This document shows, piece by piece, positions 51,120-60,779 of a DNA stretch of 64,000 nt. The translations under genes were made by a program, and so were the position numbers. The stretch's first letter is position 1, and each line of letters opens with the position of its first letter. Origin of the DNA: Sphingomonas sp. (GTDB lineage Bacteria > Pseudomonadota > Alphaproteobacteria > Sphingomonadales > Sphingomonadaceae); NCBI GenBank assembly GCA_041659705.1, contig JBAZXU010000007.1, forward strand, positions 165,967 to 229,966, in the 5' to 3' direction. The notes under the pieces were generated by a model. It was given only the letters and a program-made list of their open reading frames with translations, did no database searches and was not told the origin of the DNA.

Positions 51120-51992
51120 ATGGATGTCGCCCAACATGCGATTAACGCAAACGTCGCCGAATTTGCGGATTTTGTTCATTCCACCCCTGCGACGCCAGAG
51201 TGCCGCGTGTCGCAACGGCGCAAATTCCGCACAATCTGGATTTCCGACATTCATCTTGGTACGCGCGGGTGCAACACCGAGATGCTTATCGACTTTCTCG
51301 ATCATGTGGACAGCGACATGCTGTATTTGGTGGGCGACATCATCGATGGCTGGCAGTTAAAGCGCAAGTTTTACTGGCCAGCCGGGCACAACGACATTGT
51401 CCGGCGGCTGCTGAAAAGGGCCAAGCGCGGCACACGGGTTATTTACATTCCCGGCAACCATGACGAGGTTTTTCGCCAATTTTCAGGGCTGGACTTTGGC
51501 GGCGTGCAAATCCGCCGCAAGGCCATTCACGATACCGCCGATGGCCGCCGCCTGCTCGTGCTCCACGGTGACGAGTTTGACGCGATCACGCTGGCGCACC
51601 GCTGGCTCGCCCATGTCGGCGACATTGCCTATACCGCGCTGATGGCGCTCAACCGCTGGCTCAACCTGTTTCGCCGCCGGTTCAACATGCCCTATTGGTC
51701 ATTGTCGAAACACGCCAAGGCCAAGGTGAAGAACGCGGTTGAGTTTATTTCGCGTTATGAAGAAATTGTCGCCGAAGCCGCTGGCGCTCGCGGCGTGGAT
51801 GGTGTTGTATGCGGGCATATTCACACAGCCGAACATCGCATGATAAACGGCATTGAATATTGGAACGACGGCGATTGGGTGGAAGGGTGCACCGCGCTTG
51901 TCGAGCATGACGACGGACGGATGGAAGTGCTTCATTGGGCAGACGAAATTGCAGTTCGCAACTTAACCAGCATATCGGCCATGGCGGCCTGA
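51120..51992 (+). CDS. LpxH-like calcineurin-type metallophosphoesterase (annotated in this family as UDP-2,3-diacylglucosamine diphosphatase)
   Basis: The metallophosphoesterase motifs are ISDIHLG, VGDIIDGW, IPGNHDE, VLHGDEFD and CGHIH. Confidence 0.8.
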   Translation: MDVAQHAINANVAEFADFVHSTPATPECRVSQRRKFRTIWISDIHLGTRGCNTEMLIDFLDHVDSDMLYLVGDIIDGWQLKRKFYWPAGHNDIVRRLLKRAKRGTRVIYIPGNHDEVFRQFSGLDFGGVQIRRKAIHDTADGRRLLVLHGDEFDAITLAHRWLAHVGDIAYTALMALNRWLNLFRRRFNMPYWSLSKHAKAKVKNAVEFISRYEEIVAEAAGARGVDGVVCGHIHTAEHRMINGIEYWNDGDWVEGCTALVEHDDGRMEVLHWADEIAVRNLTSISAMAA

Positions 51993-51997
51993 ACGCC

Positions 51998-53026
51998 GTG
52001 CGTATCGCCATCGTTACCGATGCATGGCAGCCGCAGGTGAACGGCGTTGTGCGAACTTTGCTGTCTGTGCGAGCAGAGCTGGAGCGGCAGGGGCACGAGG
52101 TTCTCATTGTCTCGCCTGAAGGTTTTTACTCGCTGCCCTGCCCCACTTATCCTGAAATTCGCCTGGCCTTTGCCCGGCGATCGGCCGTGGGCAAGATGTT
52201 GAACGATTTCAAGCCGCATGCCATTCATCTGGCGACCGAGGGGCCGGTGTGCCTTGCCGCGCGCGGCTGGTGCCTGGCGCGCAATTTCCCTTTCACCACC
52301 GCCTATCACACCCAGTTTCCAGATTATGTTTCGGCGCGCATCGGCATTCATCCCGGCTGGATCTGGCGTTATATCACCTGGTTCCACTGGCCGGCCCAAG
52401 CAGTGCTTGCCTCCACACCTTCGATTGCAGATACTTTACGCGCGCACGGGCTGAGCAAGATCCGCCACTGGGGCCGCGGGGTTGATTTGTCGGTGTTCGG
52501 TGCCGATGTAGTGCCAGACCCTGCCATTCGGGCGCTTGGCGGCCCCATTCAGCTTTATGTCGGCCGGGTGGCGATTGAGAAAAATATCGAGGCTTTTTTG
52601 GGCGCCCGGCACCCCGGCACCAAGGTGGTGGTGGGTGATGGCCCCGCGCGCGCAACGCTTGAGGCAAAATATCCGCACGCCCATTTCCTCGGCCCGAAAT
52701 TTGGCGCAGACCTTGCCGCGGCCTATGCGGCTGCAGATGTGTTTGTGTTTCCCAGCAAGACAGATACGTTCGGGCTGGTGATGATCGAGGCGCTGGCCTC
52801 TGGCGTGCCGGTGGCCGCCTACCCGGTTACCGGGCCGGTCGATGTGCTGAAGCCCGGCGTCGGCGTGATGGACGATGACCTCGATACCGCCATTGCGGGC
52901 GCGCTCGCGCTTGATCGCGGCGCCTGCGCTGCCTTTGGCCAGGGGTTTACCTGGGCGGCCAGCGCGCAGCAGTTTCTCGATGCGCTGGCGCCCGTCGGGC
53001 TTGATGGCCGCCGCCGCGCCGCCTGA
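51998..53026 (+). CDS. Glycosyltransferase family 4 (GT-B fold)
   Basis: The GTG at 51998 lies 6 nt after the upstream stop and gives RIAIVTDAWQPQVNGVV. The C-terminal EX7E-type region is FPSKTDTFGLVMIEALASGVPV. Confidence 0.85.
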   Translation: MRIAIVTDAWQPQVNGVVRTLLSVRAELERQGHEVLIVSPEGFYSLPCPTYPEIRLAFARRSAVGKMLNDFKPHAIHLATEGPVCLAARGWCLARNFPFTTAYHTQFPDYVSARIGIHPGWIWRYITWFHWPAQAVLASTPSIADTLRAHGLSKIRHWGRGVDLSVFGADVVPDPAIRALGGPIQLYVGRVAIEKNIEAFLGARHPGTKVVVGDGPARATLEAKYPHAHFLGPKFGADLAAAYAAADVFVFPSKTDTFGLVMIEALASGVPVAAYPVTGPVDVLKPGVGVMDDDLDTAIAGALALDRGACAAFGQGFTWAASAQQFLDALAPVGLDGRRRAA

Positions 53027-53172
53027 GCAAGGGGCTGCGTTTATGCCCCGATATCGCGCGCAACCAGGCGGCACACCGCACGCCTTGCCCTTTATCCGCA
53101 TCCGCAGTAGATAAGGCTGGTGTCAGGCCGCTCCGTGAAGGGGCGGCCCTTATTGTTTCTAAGGAGTTTCCC

Positions 53173-53853
53173 GTGGCTCAGCCGCTCATGCCGCACGCGA
53201 CCGCCTCCTGGCTGGTTGATAATACCGCGCTCAGCTTTGAGCAGATTGCCGAATTTTGCGGCCTGCACATCCTTGAAGTGCAAGCCATTGCCGATGATAC
53301 AGCCGCGACCAAGCTCACCGGGCGCGACCCCGTGCGCGCGCACGAGCTGACGCAGGACGAAATCGACAAGGGCCAAAAAGACCCTGATTACCGCTTGCAG
53401 ATGCTAAAAGGGCCCGACCAGGTTCGCCGCACCAAGGGCCCGCGCTACACCCCGGTTTCCAAGCGGCAGGACAAGCCAGATGGCATTGCATGGATCATCC
53501 GCAACCACCCGGAAATTTCCGACGGCGCCATCAGCAACCTGATTGGCACCACGCGCACCACCATTGCCGCCATTCGCGATCGCAGCCATTGGAACATCGC
53601 CAACATCGTCGCCAAAGATCCGGTGACTTTGGGCCTGTGTTCGCAGCGCGAGCTTGACGCGATTGTCGCCAAGGCGGCCAAGGCAGCCGGCCTTTCTGCA
53701 CCTGTCGACAGCCGGCTGGAGGGGGATCGCGCCGCCCTCATCACCGAGCTGCGCGCCGAGCGCGACCAGGCCGTGCGTGACGCCGAATTTGCGGCTAATG
53801 GCGGGGAAACGCTGATGCCTGGCGGCTTTGTCGATCCGTTCAAAAAGGCCTGA
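53173..53853 (+). CDS. trcR: DUF1013 protein (TrcR-type cell-cycle transcriptional regulator)
   Basis: PLMPHATASWLVDNTALSFEQIAEFCGLHILEVQAIADD is the conserved DUF1013 N-terminus. The GTG start is preceded by AAGGAG. Confidence 0.85.
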   Translation: MAQPLMPHATASWLVDNTALSFEQIAEFCGLHILEVQAIADDTAATKLTGRDPVRAHELTQDEIDKGQKDPDYRLQMLKGPDQVRRTKGPRYTPVSKRQDKPDGIAWIIRNHPEISDGAISNLIGTTRTTIAAIRDRSHWNIANIVAKDPVTLGLCSQRELDAIVAKAAKAAGLSAPVDSRLEGDRAALITELRAERDQAVRDAEFAANGGETLMPGGFVDPFKKA

Positions 53854-53905
53854 TGACGACCGCGCCCTGGCAGATGTGGCAGCGTGTCCGCCGCGCGCGT
53901 CGGCC

Positions 53906-55072
53906 ATGACCGGCGCACGAGATATCAAAGCGGCCACGCCTGATGTTGCCTCAGCGGAACCGCCCACCTTGCCAAAGGCATCCACCTCGCCCGATTCCTC
54001 GCCCGATGCCTCGCTCGTGCCGGATACGCCTTTTGTGCCGACAAGCCACAAGGGGCTTACCTATCCCTTTGGTCAAGATGGCCCGCCGCTCGACACTGGG
54101 CTGGAAATTGCCGAAGGCCTGCGCTGGGTGCGCATTCCGGTGCCGGGTCCGCTCAAACACATCAACTGCTGGCTGATCGACGATGAGGGCGGCGTGGCGC
54201 TTGTCGACACCGGCATGAACCTGCCAGACGCGCGCGCGGCGTGGAAAATGCTGATGAACGGGCCGCTGGCGGGCGTGCGCATCACCCGCGTTATCGGCAC
54301 GCATTTTCACCCCGATCATATTGGCCTGGCCGGCTGGCACTGCGAATTTCACGATTGCCCCTTGGTGATGACGCGCGGCGAATGGCTCACCGCGCGGATG
54401 CTTGCCGCCGATGCGCGCGACGCGGTGCCCGAAGAGATGATCGCCTTTTGGCGCGCGGCCGGCTGGGATGACGCGCAACTTGACCATGCACGCACGCGCG
54501 GGTGGAGCGGCTTTGGCAGGATCATCACGCCGCTGCCGCTTGGCTATCGCCGCATCGCCGAGGGAGATGTGCTCCACATTGGCGGGCATGACTGGCGGAT
54601 CGTAACCGGCACTGGCCATTGCCCTGAACATGCCTGCCTGTATGACGAGGCGCGCGGCATCTTGATATCGGGTGATCAGGTTCTGCCGCGGATCAGCTCC
54701 AACATCTCGCTCAGCATCACCGAGCCTGAGGCCGACCCGCTGGGTGACTGGCTGGCCTCTATCGCCAAATTTCTGACCCTGCCCGCCGGTCTCATGGTGC
54801 TGCCCGCGCACGGGGCGGTGTTTACCGGGCTGCACACCCGGCTTGAGGCGCTGGAGCGCGAACATCGCGAGCGGCTGGACGAGCTGGCGCAGTTTATCCA
54901 CGAACCGCGCCGCGCGGTCGACTGCTTCGGCCGGCTGTTCAGGCGCTCCATTGGGCCAGAGCTGCTCGGCATGGCAACGGGCGAAGCGCTTGCGCATTTG
55001 CGACGATTGGAGGTGGAGGGCCGGGCTAGGCGCAAAATGGTGGACGGCGTGCGCTGGTATTACGCATCCTGA
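53906..55072 (+). CDS. MBL-fold metallo-hydrolase
   Basis: The HxHxDH motif is THFHPDHIG, with downstream GHCPEH and PAHG. The start is taken at the ATG at 53906, after the trcR stop. Confidence 0.8.
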   Translation: MTGARDIKAATPDVASAEPPTLPKASTSPDSSPDASLVPDTPFVPTSHKGLTYPFGQDGPPLDTGLEIAEGLRWVRIPVPGPLKHINCWLIDDEGGVALVDTGMNLPDARAAWKMLMNGPLAGVRITRVIGTHFHPDHIGLAGWHCEFHDCPLVMTRGEWLTARMLAADARDAVPEEMIAFWRAAGWDDAQLDHARTRGWSGFGRIITPLPLGYRRIAEGDVLHIGGHDWRIVTGTGHCPEHACLYDEARGILISGDQVLPRISSNISLSITEPEADPLGDWLASIAKFLTLPAGLMVLPAHGAVFTGLHTRLEALEREHRERLDELAQFIHEPRRAVDCFGRLFRRSIGPELLGMATGEALAHLRRLEVEGRARRKMVDGVRWYYAS

Positions 55073-55154
55073 ACGGGCAGATTTCCCAACAGGCTTGACA
55101 TGCGCCCGGCAATATGTTCTATATATGTTCCGAAAAACGCCACAGGAGGGAAAC

Positions 55155-55784
55155 ATGGCCGATTCGCTTGTTTTTTATACCAACCCCATGTCGCGCGGGC
55201 AGATTGTGCGCTGGATGCTGGAAGAAACCGGCGTGGCTTATGAAACGAAGGTGTTAGATTATGCCGAGGCGATGAAGGCGCCCGCCTATCTGGCGATTAA
55301 CCCCATGGGTAAGGTGCCAGCCATTGCTCACAATGGGCAGGTCATCACCGAATGCGCCGCCATTTGCGCCTATCTTGCCGATGCTTTTCCCGATGCCGGG
55401 CTCGCGCCCCCGGCGCATGAGCGCGCGGCATATTATCGCTGGTTGTTTTTTGGTGCGGGGCCGGTTGAGCAAGCGGTAACCAACAAGGCCATGGGTTTTG
55501 GGCCAAGCGAGCAGCAGAGCCGGATGGCGGGATATGGCAGCTATGATCTGACGGTAGATGTGCTGGAAAAGGCGGTGACTGCCCAGCCTTATGTTGCCGG
55601 CGCAGATTTTTCAGCGGCCGATGTCTATATCGGCTCGCAAATTGGCTGGGGCATGGAATTTGGCACGCTGCCAAAGCGCGCGGCGTTTGAACATTATTGG
55701 GCAAAGCTTAGTGCACGCCCGGCATATCTGCGCGCCAAAGCAATCGACAATGCACTGATCGCCGGGGCACCTGTGGCCGCCTAA
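55155..55784 (+). CDS. Glutathione S-transferase
   Basis: The ATG at 55155 is preceded by AGGAGGG. The protein starts MADSLVFYTNPMSRGQIVRWMLEE and contains INPMGKVPAI (GST N-domain). The 312-nt 5' extension was rejected. Confidence 0.88.
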   Translation: MADSLVFYTNPMSRGQIVRWMLEETGVAYETKVLDYAEAMKAPAYLAINPMGKVPAIAHNGQVITECAAICAYLADAFPDAGLAPPAHERAAYYRWLFFGAGPVEQAVTNKAMGFGPSEQQSRMAGYGSYDLTVDVLEKAVTAQPYVAGADFSAADVYIGSQIGWGMEFGTLPKRAAFEHYWAKLSARPAYLRAKAIDNALIAGAPVAA

Positions 55785-55891
55785 GCATGGCTGGGTGAGG
55801 TTTAACCAGATATGCAGTAAAAGGTGTTCCTAGACTCTGCTGGCGCGCGTCAACTATATAGTCGGTCAGGGGCTATTCGGGGGGAGACGAC

Positions 55892-56617
55892 ATGGCATCG
55901 ATTGCTGCCGACGCGCGAGCCAATTTAACACAGGATAGAATTTTCTTTCTTGCCATGGCTCTGTGGATCGCGGCGACGGTGCTGGCAGGATTTGGTTTTG
56001 CCTTTGCGATGGGCCGATCAAGTCTTGCGGCCCCCTTGTGGGTGCATATGCACGCGCTGACATATGTCGGCTGGGTTGGTTTTTATCTTCTGCAAAACAT
56101 GCTGGTCAGTGCAGGCGCTGTAGCCCGGCACCGCGCGCTGGGCTGGCTGGGCTTTGGTATCGCGACTTGGATGCTGCCTGTCGGCATTGGTGCCACTTGC
56201 CTCTCGGTAGCGGCACACCGCGTGCCTCCATTTTTTACACCCAGCTTTTTCCTCACGCTCGATCTGATTACGCCGATTACCTTTTATATCTTTGTCACAG
56301 CGGCAATCGGCCTTCGCCAATATGCCGACTGGCACCGGCGGCTCATGCTGTCGGGAATGATTTTTCTTACCGGCCCAGCATGGGGCAGATTGTTGCCAAT
56401 GCCACTGCTTGGCGGCGAGGCGGGTATTTGGGCAATTCTTGCAGCGCAACTGATTTTTTACTTCGGCATTGCTGCTGGCTATGACCTGCTTAGCCGCCGA
56501 AAAATTCACCCGGCCTATTTTTGGGGCATGGGTGGCTCGGTCATTGCCGTGGCGCTGGTCGGGCCGATCAGTTCTTTACCGCTTGTCGCTAGCTGGGCCG
56601 GTGCGCTGGCCGGTTGA
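55892..56617 (+). CDS. Polytopic membrane protein, unknown function
   Basis: There are six to seven hydrophobic segments across 241 aa. No recognisable catalytic motif. Confidence 0.6.
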   Translation: MASIAADARANLTQDRIFFLAMALWIAATVLAGFGFAFAMGRSSLAAPLWVHMHALTYVGWVGFYLLQNMLVSAGAVARHRALGWLGFGIATWMLPVGIGATCLSVAAHRVPPFFTPSFFLTLDLITPITFYIFVTAAIGLRQYADWHRRLMLSGMIFLTGPAWGRLLPMPLLGGEAGIWAILAAQLIFYFGIAAGYDLLSRRKIHPAYFWGMGGSVIAVALVGPISSLPLVASWAGALAG

Positions 56618-56641
56618 TCTGCCTGGCCGACGCTCGCAAAA

Positions 56642-56689
56642 CCGTCCAACCGTCCAACCGTCCAACCGCCCAACCGCCCAACCGCCCAA
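56642..56689. repeat. Octanucleotide tandem repeat (CCGTCCAA)x3 followed by (CCGCCCAA)x3
   Basis: Six head-to-tail 8-mers were read directly from the sequence. They lie 25 nt after the stop of the membrane-protein gene. Confidence 0.95.
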
Positions 56690-56840
56690 AAATCGGCGCT
56701 CGCCAGCCGGTTTGCCGGTGCCACTCCACTGCCACGGGGTACGATCTGGCTGATGCTGGCTTGCCGCTTCAGGCTTTTGCTTTGCCAGTTTTTGGCTTGT
56801 CGCCGGGTGATTTTATCTGGAGGGGGAAATGCGCAAATGC

Positions 56841-56864
56841 CGCAGCAAGCGCTGCGCTTTTTTT
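56841..56864 (+). terminator. Rho-independent terminator-like hairpin in the long convergent intergenic region
   Basis: CGCAGC (56841-46), loop AAGC, GCTGCG (56851-56), then C and seven T (56858-64). Confidence 0.5.
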
Positions 56865-57122
56865 GTCTCGGTGGCAAGGCTCGTCGATTTCTCCCACACG
56901 CTTCGTTCCGCCTCGCGCCGTCTAGCCAACATGGCGTATCAGCATGCGCCACGGCCAGACAAAGCAACAGGCCCGGTGGCGCATGGATGCAAGCCAGAAT
57001 ACGCCGCTGGTCGAACGCAATACCGGCCGGTTGCCCCGTTTCATCGGCAGCTGTCTGGTGGTGATTAGCGGGCGAGGCCTTGTTTGCTGCGTTCTGGCAT
57101 CTGCGCCAGCTTTGGCGCTTGC

Positions 57123-58613
57123 TCAGGTGAAGCGCACGTTGAGGAAATCAGGCAGCGGCCCGTTCCAGCCGCCATCATCGCCACCTTCGTTTGCCAATGG
57201 CCGTGCATCGGCTGATCGGCGCGCTGGCCTGGCGGCAGAGCCCGCAGCGGCAGTGGGCGCGTCTCCGGCGGGCCGAGGTGCGCGCACGGGCCGCGGCGTT
57301 GCCGGCGCGACCTGCGCCTTTCGCGCCTGCGCCGCTGGCTCGCCATTTTGCGCATTACCAACCGCGCGCACGGGGCTGGCGGGTGAGCGGGCCTGTGCGG
57401 CACCATCGCCCACAACCTCGGCTCCCTTGCTGCGCCGCGCTGGCCGCTTGCGAGCGGGGGGGGCATCGCCACGCGCCTGCCCATCATCCGCCGCATCGCT
57501 GCCTGCGGCCACCAGGTTGATTTTCTGCCCGGTCAGCTTTTCAATATTAGCAATGTTCTCAGCGTCATCTGGCGTAACGAACGTGTAGGCCACGCCAGAG
57601 GCGCCCGCCCGGCCGGTGCGGCCAATGCGGTGCACATAATCATCCGGGTGCCAGGGCGCGTCGAAATTGAACACATGGCTCACGCCTTTGATGTCAAGCC
57701 CGCGAGCTGCAACGTCGGAGGCGACCAGAATGTTGACATCACCCGCCTTGAACCGGTCAAGCTCGGCGATGCGCTGGGATTGTTCCATATCACCATGAAT
57801 TTCGCTCGACCGCATGCCGCTGCGCTGCAACGCCTTGTTCAGATCACGCACCGTTGTTTTGCGGTTGCAAAAAATAATGGCCGTGCGCACATCGTCGGCC
57901 TCCAGCAATTCATACAGCCGCTCGCGCTTTTTTGAGGCGGAAACGGGAACAAGCCACTGGGTGATGTTGACATTGGCAGTCGCCGGGCGCGCGACTTCAA
58001 TCGTTTTGGGGTTTTCTAAAAACTTGTCCGCCAGCTTCTTAATCGGCGGCGGCATGGTGGCCGAAAACAGCAAAGTCTGGCGCTGCTTGGGCAATTTGGT
58101 GCAGATTTCCTCGATATCGGGGATGAAGCCCATGTCGAGCATCCGGTCTGCCTCGTCGATGACAAGCAGGTTGCAGCCGTTGAGCATGATTTTGCCCCGG
58201 CCGAACAAATCCATCAACCGGCCCGGCGTTGCGATCAACACATCCACGCCTTTTTCAAGCGCGGCGAGCTGATCTCCCATCGACACACCACCAATTAGCA
58301 GCGCCATGCTGAGCTTGTGATACTTGCCGTATTTCTCAAAATTTTCAGCAACCTGCGCTGCGAGTTCGCGCGTGGGCTCCAAAATGAGAGATCGTGGCAT
58401 CCGCGCACGGCTACGCCCCTCTGCCAGAATATCGATCATCGGCAACACAAACGACGCGGTCTTGCCCGTTCCCGTTTGGGCAATGCCGATAATATCTCTC
58501 ATCATCAGTACAGACGGAATCGCACTCGCCTGGATGGGTGTCGGCTCGGTATAGCCAGACTCCGTAACGGCGCGGAGAAGTTCGTCAGAAAGGCCGAGAT
58601 CGGCAAAATTCAT
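57123..58613 (-). CDS. DEAD-box ATP-dependent RNA helicase (RhlE-like) with an Arg/Ala/Pro-rich C-terminal tail
   Basis: The ATG at 58611-58613 gives [16 protein letters not shown]. The helicase motifs are: Q-motif TPIQ, motif I AQTGTGKT, motif II DEAD, SAT, and [10 protein letters not shown]. Confidence 0.93.
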   Translation of the reverse strand: MNFADLGLSDELLRAVTESGYTEPTPIQASAIPSVLMMRDIIGIAQTGTGKTASFVLPMIDILAEGRSRARMPRSLILEPTRELAAQVAENFEKYGKYHKLSMALLIGGVSMGDQLAALEKGVDVLIATPGRLMDLFGRGKIMLNGCNLLVIDEADRMLDMGFIPDIEEICTKLPKQRQTLLFSATMPPPIKKLADKFLENPKTIEVARPATANVNITQWLVPVSASKKRERLYELLEADDVRTAIIFCNRKTTVRDLNKALQRSGMRSSEIHGDMEQSQRIAELDRFKAGDVNILVASDVAARGLDIKGVSHVFNFDAPWHPDDYVHRIGRTGRAGASGVAYTFVTPDDAENIANIEKLTGQKINLVAAGSDAADDGQARGDAPPARKRPARRSKGAEVVGDGAAQARSPASPVRAVGNAQNGEPAAQARKAQVAPATPRPVRAPRPAGDAPTAAAGSAARPARRSADARPLANEGGDDGGWNGPLPDFLNVRFT

Positions 58614-58697
58614 GGTTGTTCCGGAAAAATGGCATCGCAACAGATGCCCGCCAGCAGCGCTTGCGGATTCTGTGCCCAATGTCAAGATTAGTGCCGC

Positions 58698-59162
58698 CTA
58701 CCGGCGCTGGGCAAGCAGGCGTATTTCCTTGATCTGGCAGGTGCCGCCAGACCGCGCGCGGATGACATCGCGCCGTGCGCACACCTGGCCATCATCGGTT
58801 GGACGGATGTAAAAACCGCCATAAAAATCCAGCGCCGGGCAACCATCATCAAAGCGCGCGCGCAGCCGCTTACCCTCGGTTGTGACAAGATCCACGCTTT
58901 CGGTCGTTGGCTGGCTGGCCCCTGCCAGGGTGTTGAGCGGCACGCATTTTAGCCGCTTTTTTTCCTGCCAATTTTCCACCGGCAACAAGTTTCGCACACC
59001 GGCAGGCGCTGCACCTGCCGGGCGCGGTACGCGGATGATGATCCGCTGGCGCAAAATAAACCGCTCACCCCGCGCCTCTGCCTGCACGCGCGCCTGTCCG
59101 TCCGCCGGACCGCAGGCGAAGAGAATGAGCAGCACAGCCGCCGGAAGGGAAGAATTGAACAT
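58698..59162 (-). CDS. Putative lipoprotein, unknown function
   Basis: MFNSSLPAAVLLILFACGP carries the lipobox LFAC. There are four further Cys in the mature part. Confidence 0.5.
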   Translation of the reverse strand: MFNSSLPAAVLLILFACGPADGQARVQAEARGERFILRQRIIIRVPRPAGAAPAGVRNLLPVENWQEKKRLKCVPLNTLAGASQPTTESVDLVTTEGKRLRARFDDGCPALDFYGGFYIRPTDDGQVCARRDVIRARSGGTCQIKEIRLLAQRR

Positions 59163-59280
59163 TGCTGGGATGCCCCCATACGCCATTTAATTGAACAAGC
59201 GATGAATTGCGCAAGCCAAACAGCAATTTCGTGCAGCCAAGCGCATGGCGAGCAGCGCTGCGGCGTGATATTGGCCAGCC

Positions 59281-60729
59281 ATGATGACCAGCCACGCCGC
59301 CTTCATCGCTCAACTGCGCCCTTTGCTTGGCGCCAAGGCCATTATCACCGAGCCGGATGCCATTGCTCCATGGCTGCATGACTGGCGCGGTCGCTATCAC
59401 GGCAAAACATGCGCTATTCTGGCGCCAGAAACCACGCAGGATGTTGTCACCATCATCACCGCTGCCGCCGCGCACCGAGTGCCGCTTGTCCCACAAGGGG
59501 GCAATACGTCGATGGTGGGCGGGGCAACACCGCCCGATGATGGCGCAGCGCTCATCTTGTCGCTGCGGCGGATGAACCGCATCCGGGCGATTTCGGCTGA
59601 AAATAACCTGGCAGTGGCCGAGGCCGGTGTTATCCTTGCTAATCTTCATGATGCCGCCGGGGTGGCTGGCCGCCGCTTTCCGCTCACGCTGGGCGCGCGC
59701 GGCAGCGCGACGATTGGCGGGCTGGCTTCCACCAATGCCGGGGGCACGCAGGTGCTGCGCTTTGGCACGATGCGCGCGCTTGTCGCCGGGGTGGAAGCCG
59801 TGCTGCCCGACGGCCATGTGCATGAAGGCCTCGCCGCACTCAAAAAGGATAATCGCGGCTATGATCTGAACCAGTTGCTGATCGGCGCGGAAGGGACGCT
59901 TGGCGTTATCACCGCGGCCACGCTGCGGCTCGTGCCGGCGATTGTCGCGCGCGCTGTCGCCTGGGTTGGCCTCGACACGCCTGCTCAGGCGCTTGCCCTG
60001 CTGCGCCAGCTTGAAGCCGCGACCGACAGTATCGAGAGTTTTGAGATATTGCCTGGCGATTCGCTTGCCAGCGTGCTGCGCCACATTCCTGGCACACGCG
60101 CCCCGCTTGCCGGGCCGCATCGCTGGCACGCGCTGGTCGAGTCGGTTGCCAGCAGCGCCGATGATGAGCCGCCCGCGGCATTGCTCGAACGGCTGCTGGC
60201 GCTCGCGCTGGGCGATGGGCTGATCGATGACGCAGCAATTGCCGCAAGCGAGGCGCAGGCTGACGCATTTTGGCACATCCGCCATTCAATTTCAGAAGCA
60301 GAGCGCGCCAATGGCCCGGCGGTGCAGCATGATATTTCTGTGCCGGTTGAGGCGATGCCGGAGTTTATGCTGGCCGCAGCACATGCCTGCGAGGCCCGCT
60401 TTGTCGGCACCCATGCCAGTGGCTTTGGCCATTTGGGCGATGGCAATGTCCATTTCCATGTCCGCGCGCCAGCCGGAGCGCAGGCGCAGCGCTGGTATGC
60501 GCACGAAGCGCCAAACATCACGCGTTTTGTCCATGACATGGTGGTGGCGGCAAATGGCTCCATCTCCGCTGAACACGGCATTGGCCAGTTCAAGCGCGCC
60601 GAGCTTGAGCGGCTTGGGCCACCCGCTCGCCTTGCCATGCTGCGCGCGGTGAAGGGTGCGCTCGACCCGCGCGGCATCATGAACCCTGGCAAGTTGGTGA
60701 CGCTTGCGCCCGGCGGCGTTGCACCATAA
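59281..60729 (+). CDS. FAD-linked oxidase (GlcD / D-2-hydroxyacid dehydrogenase family)
   Basis: The FAD-binding PCMH-type segment is VPLVPQGGNTSMVGGA. KDNRGYDL, C-terminal SAEHGIG and DPRGIMNPGKL are present. Confidence 0.88.
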   Translation: MMTSHAAFIAQLRPLLGAKAIITEPDAIAPWLHDWRGRYHGKTCAILAPETTQDVVTIITAAAAHRVPLVPQGGNTSMVGGATPPDDGAALILSLRRMNRIRAISAENNLAVAEAGVILANLHDAAGVAGRRFPLTLGARGSATIGGLASTNAGGTQVLRFGTMRALVAGVEAVLPDGHVHEGLAALKKDNRGYDLNQLLIGAEGTLGVITAATLRLVPAIVARAVAWVGLDTPAQALALLRQLEAATDSIESFEILPGDSLASVLRHIPGTRAPLAGPHRWHALVESVASSADDEPPAALLERLLALALGDGLIDDAAIAASEAQADAFWHIRHSISEAERANGPAVQHDISVPVEAMPEFMLAAAHACEARFVGTHASGFGHLGDGNVHFHVRAPAGAQAQRWYAHEAPNITRFVHDMVVAANGSISAEHGIGQFKRAELERLGPPARLAMLRAVKGALDPRGIMNPGKLVTLAPGGVAP

Positions 60730-60779
60730 GGCCATGCACCAGTCGGGGCCGCGCCCCATAGCTTGATATGGAGAGAATT

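Noticed and set aside
53027-53172. CtrA-type TTAA-N7-TTAA boxes upstream of trcR (also checked upstream of cpdR, 62648-62755)
   Set aside because: I saw no exact full site, only partial TTA/TAA fragments. This is too weak to report.
53951-55156. 401-aa minus-strand ORF antisense to the MBL-fold hydrolase gene
   Set aside because: The plus strand carries THFHPDHIG and a coherent hydrolase sequence. The antisense product is Arg-rich shadow sequence.
56642-56689. 8-mer tandem array considered as a CRISPR array or a coding repeat
   Set aside because: The units are contiguous with no spacers, and at 8 nt they are far too short for CRISPR repeats. The ORFs crossing the array are short and overlap the terminal part of a real gene.
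56829-57068. 79-aa basic ORF preceded by a GGAGG-like sequence in the long intergenic gap
   Set aside because: An intrinsic terminator hairpin with a T7 tract (56841-56864) lies within its first 12 codons. The composition is Arg/Ala-rich and shadow-like, and I recognise no family.
59065-60285. 406-aa minus-strand ORF antisense to the FAD-linked oxidase gene
   Set aside because: Shadow ORF. The plus-strand product has the FAD-binding and C-terminal oxidase motifs.
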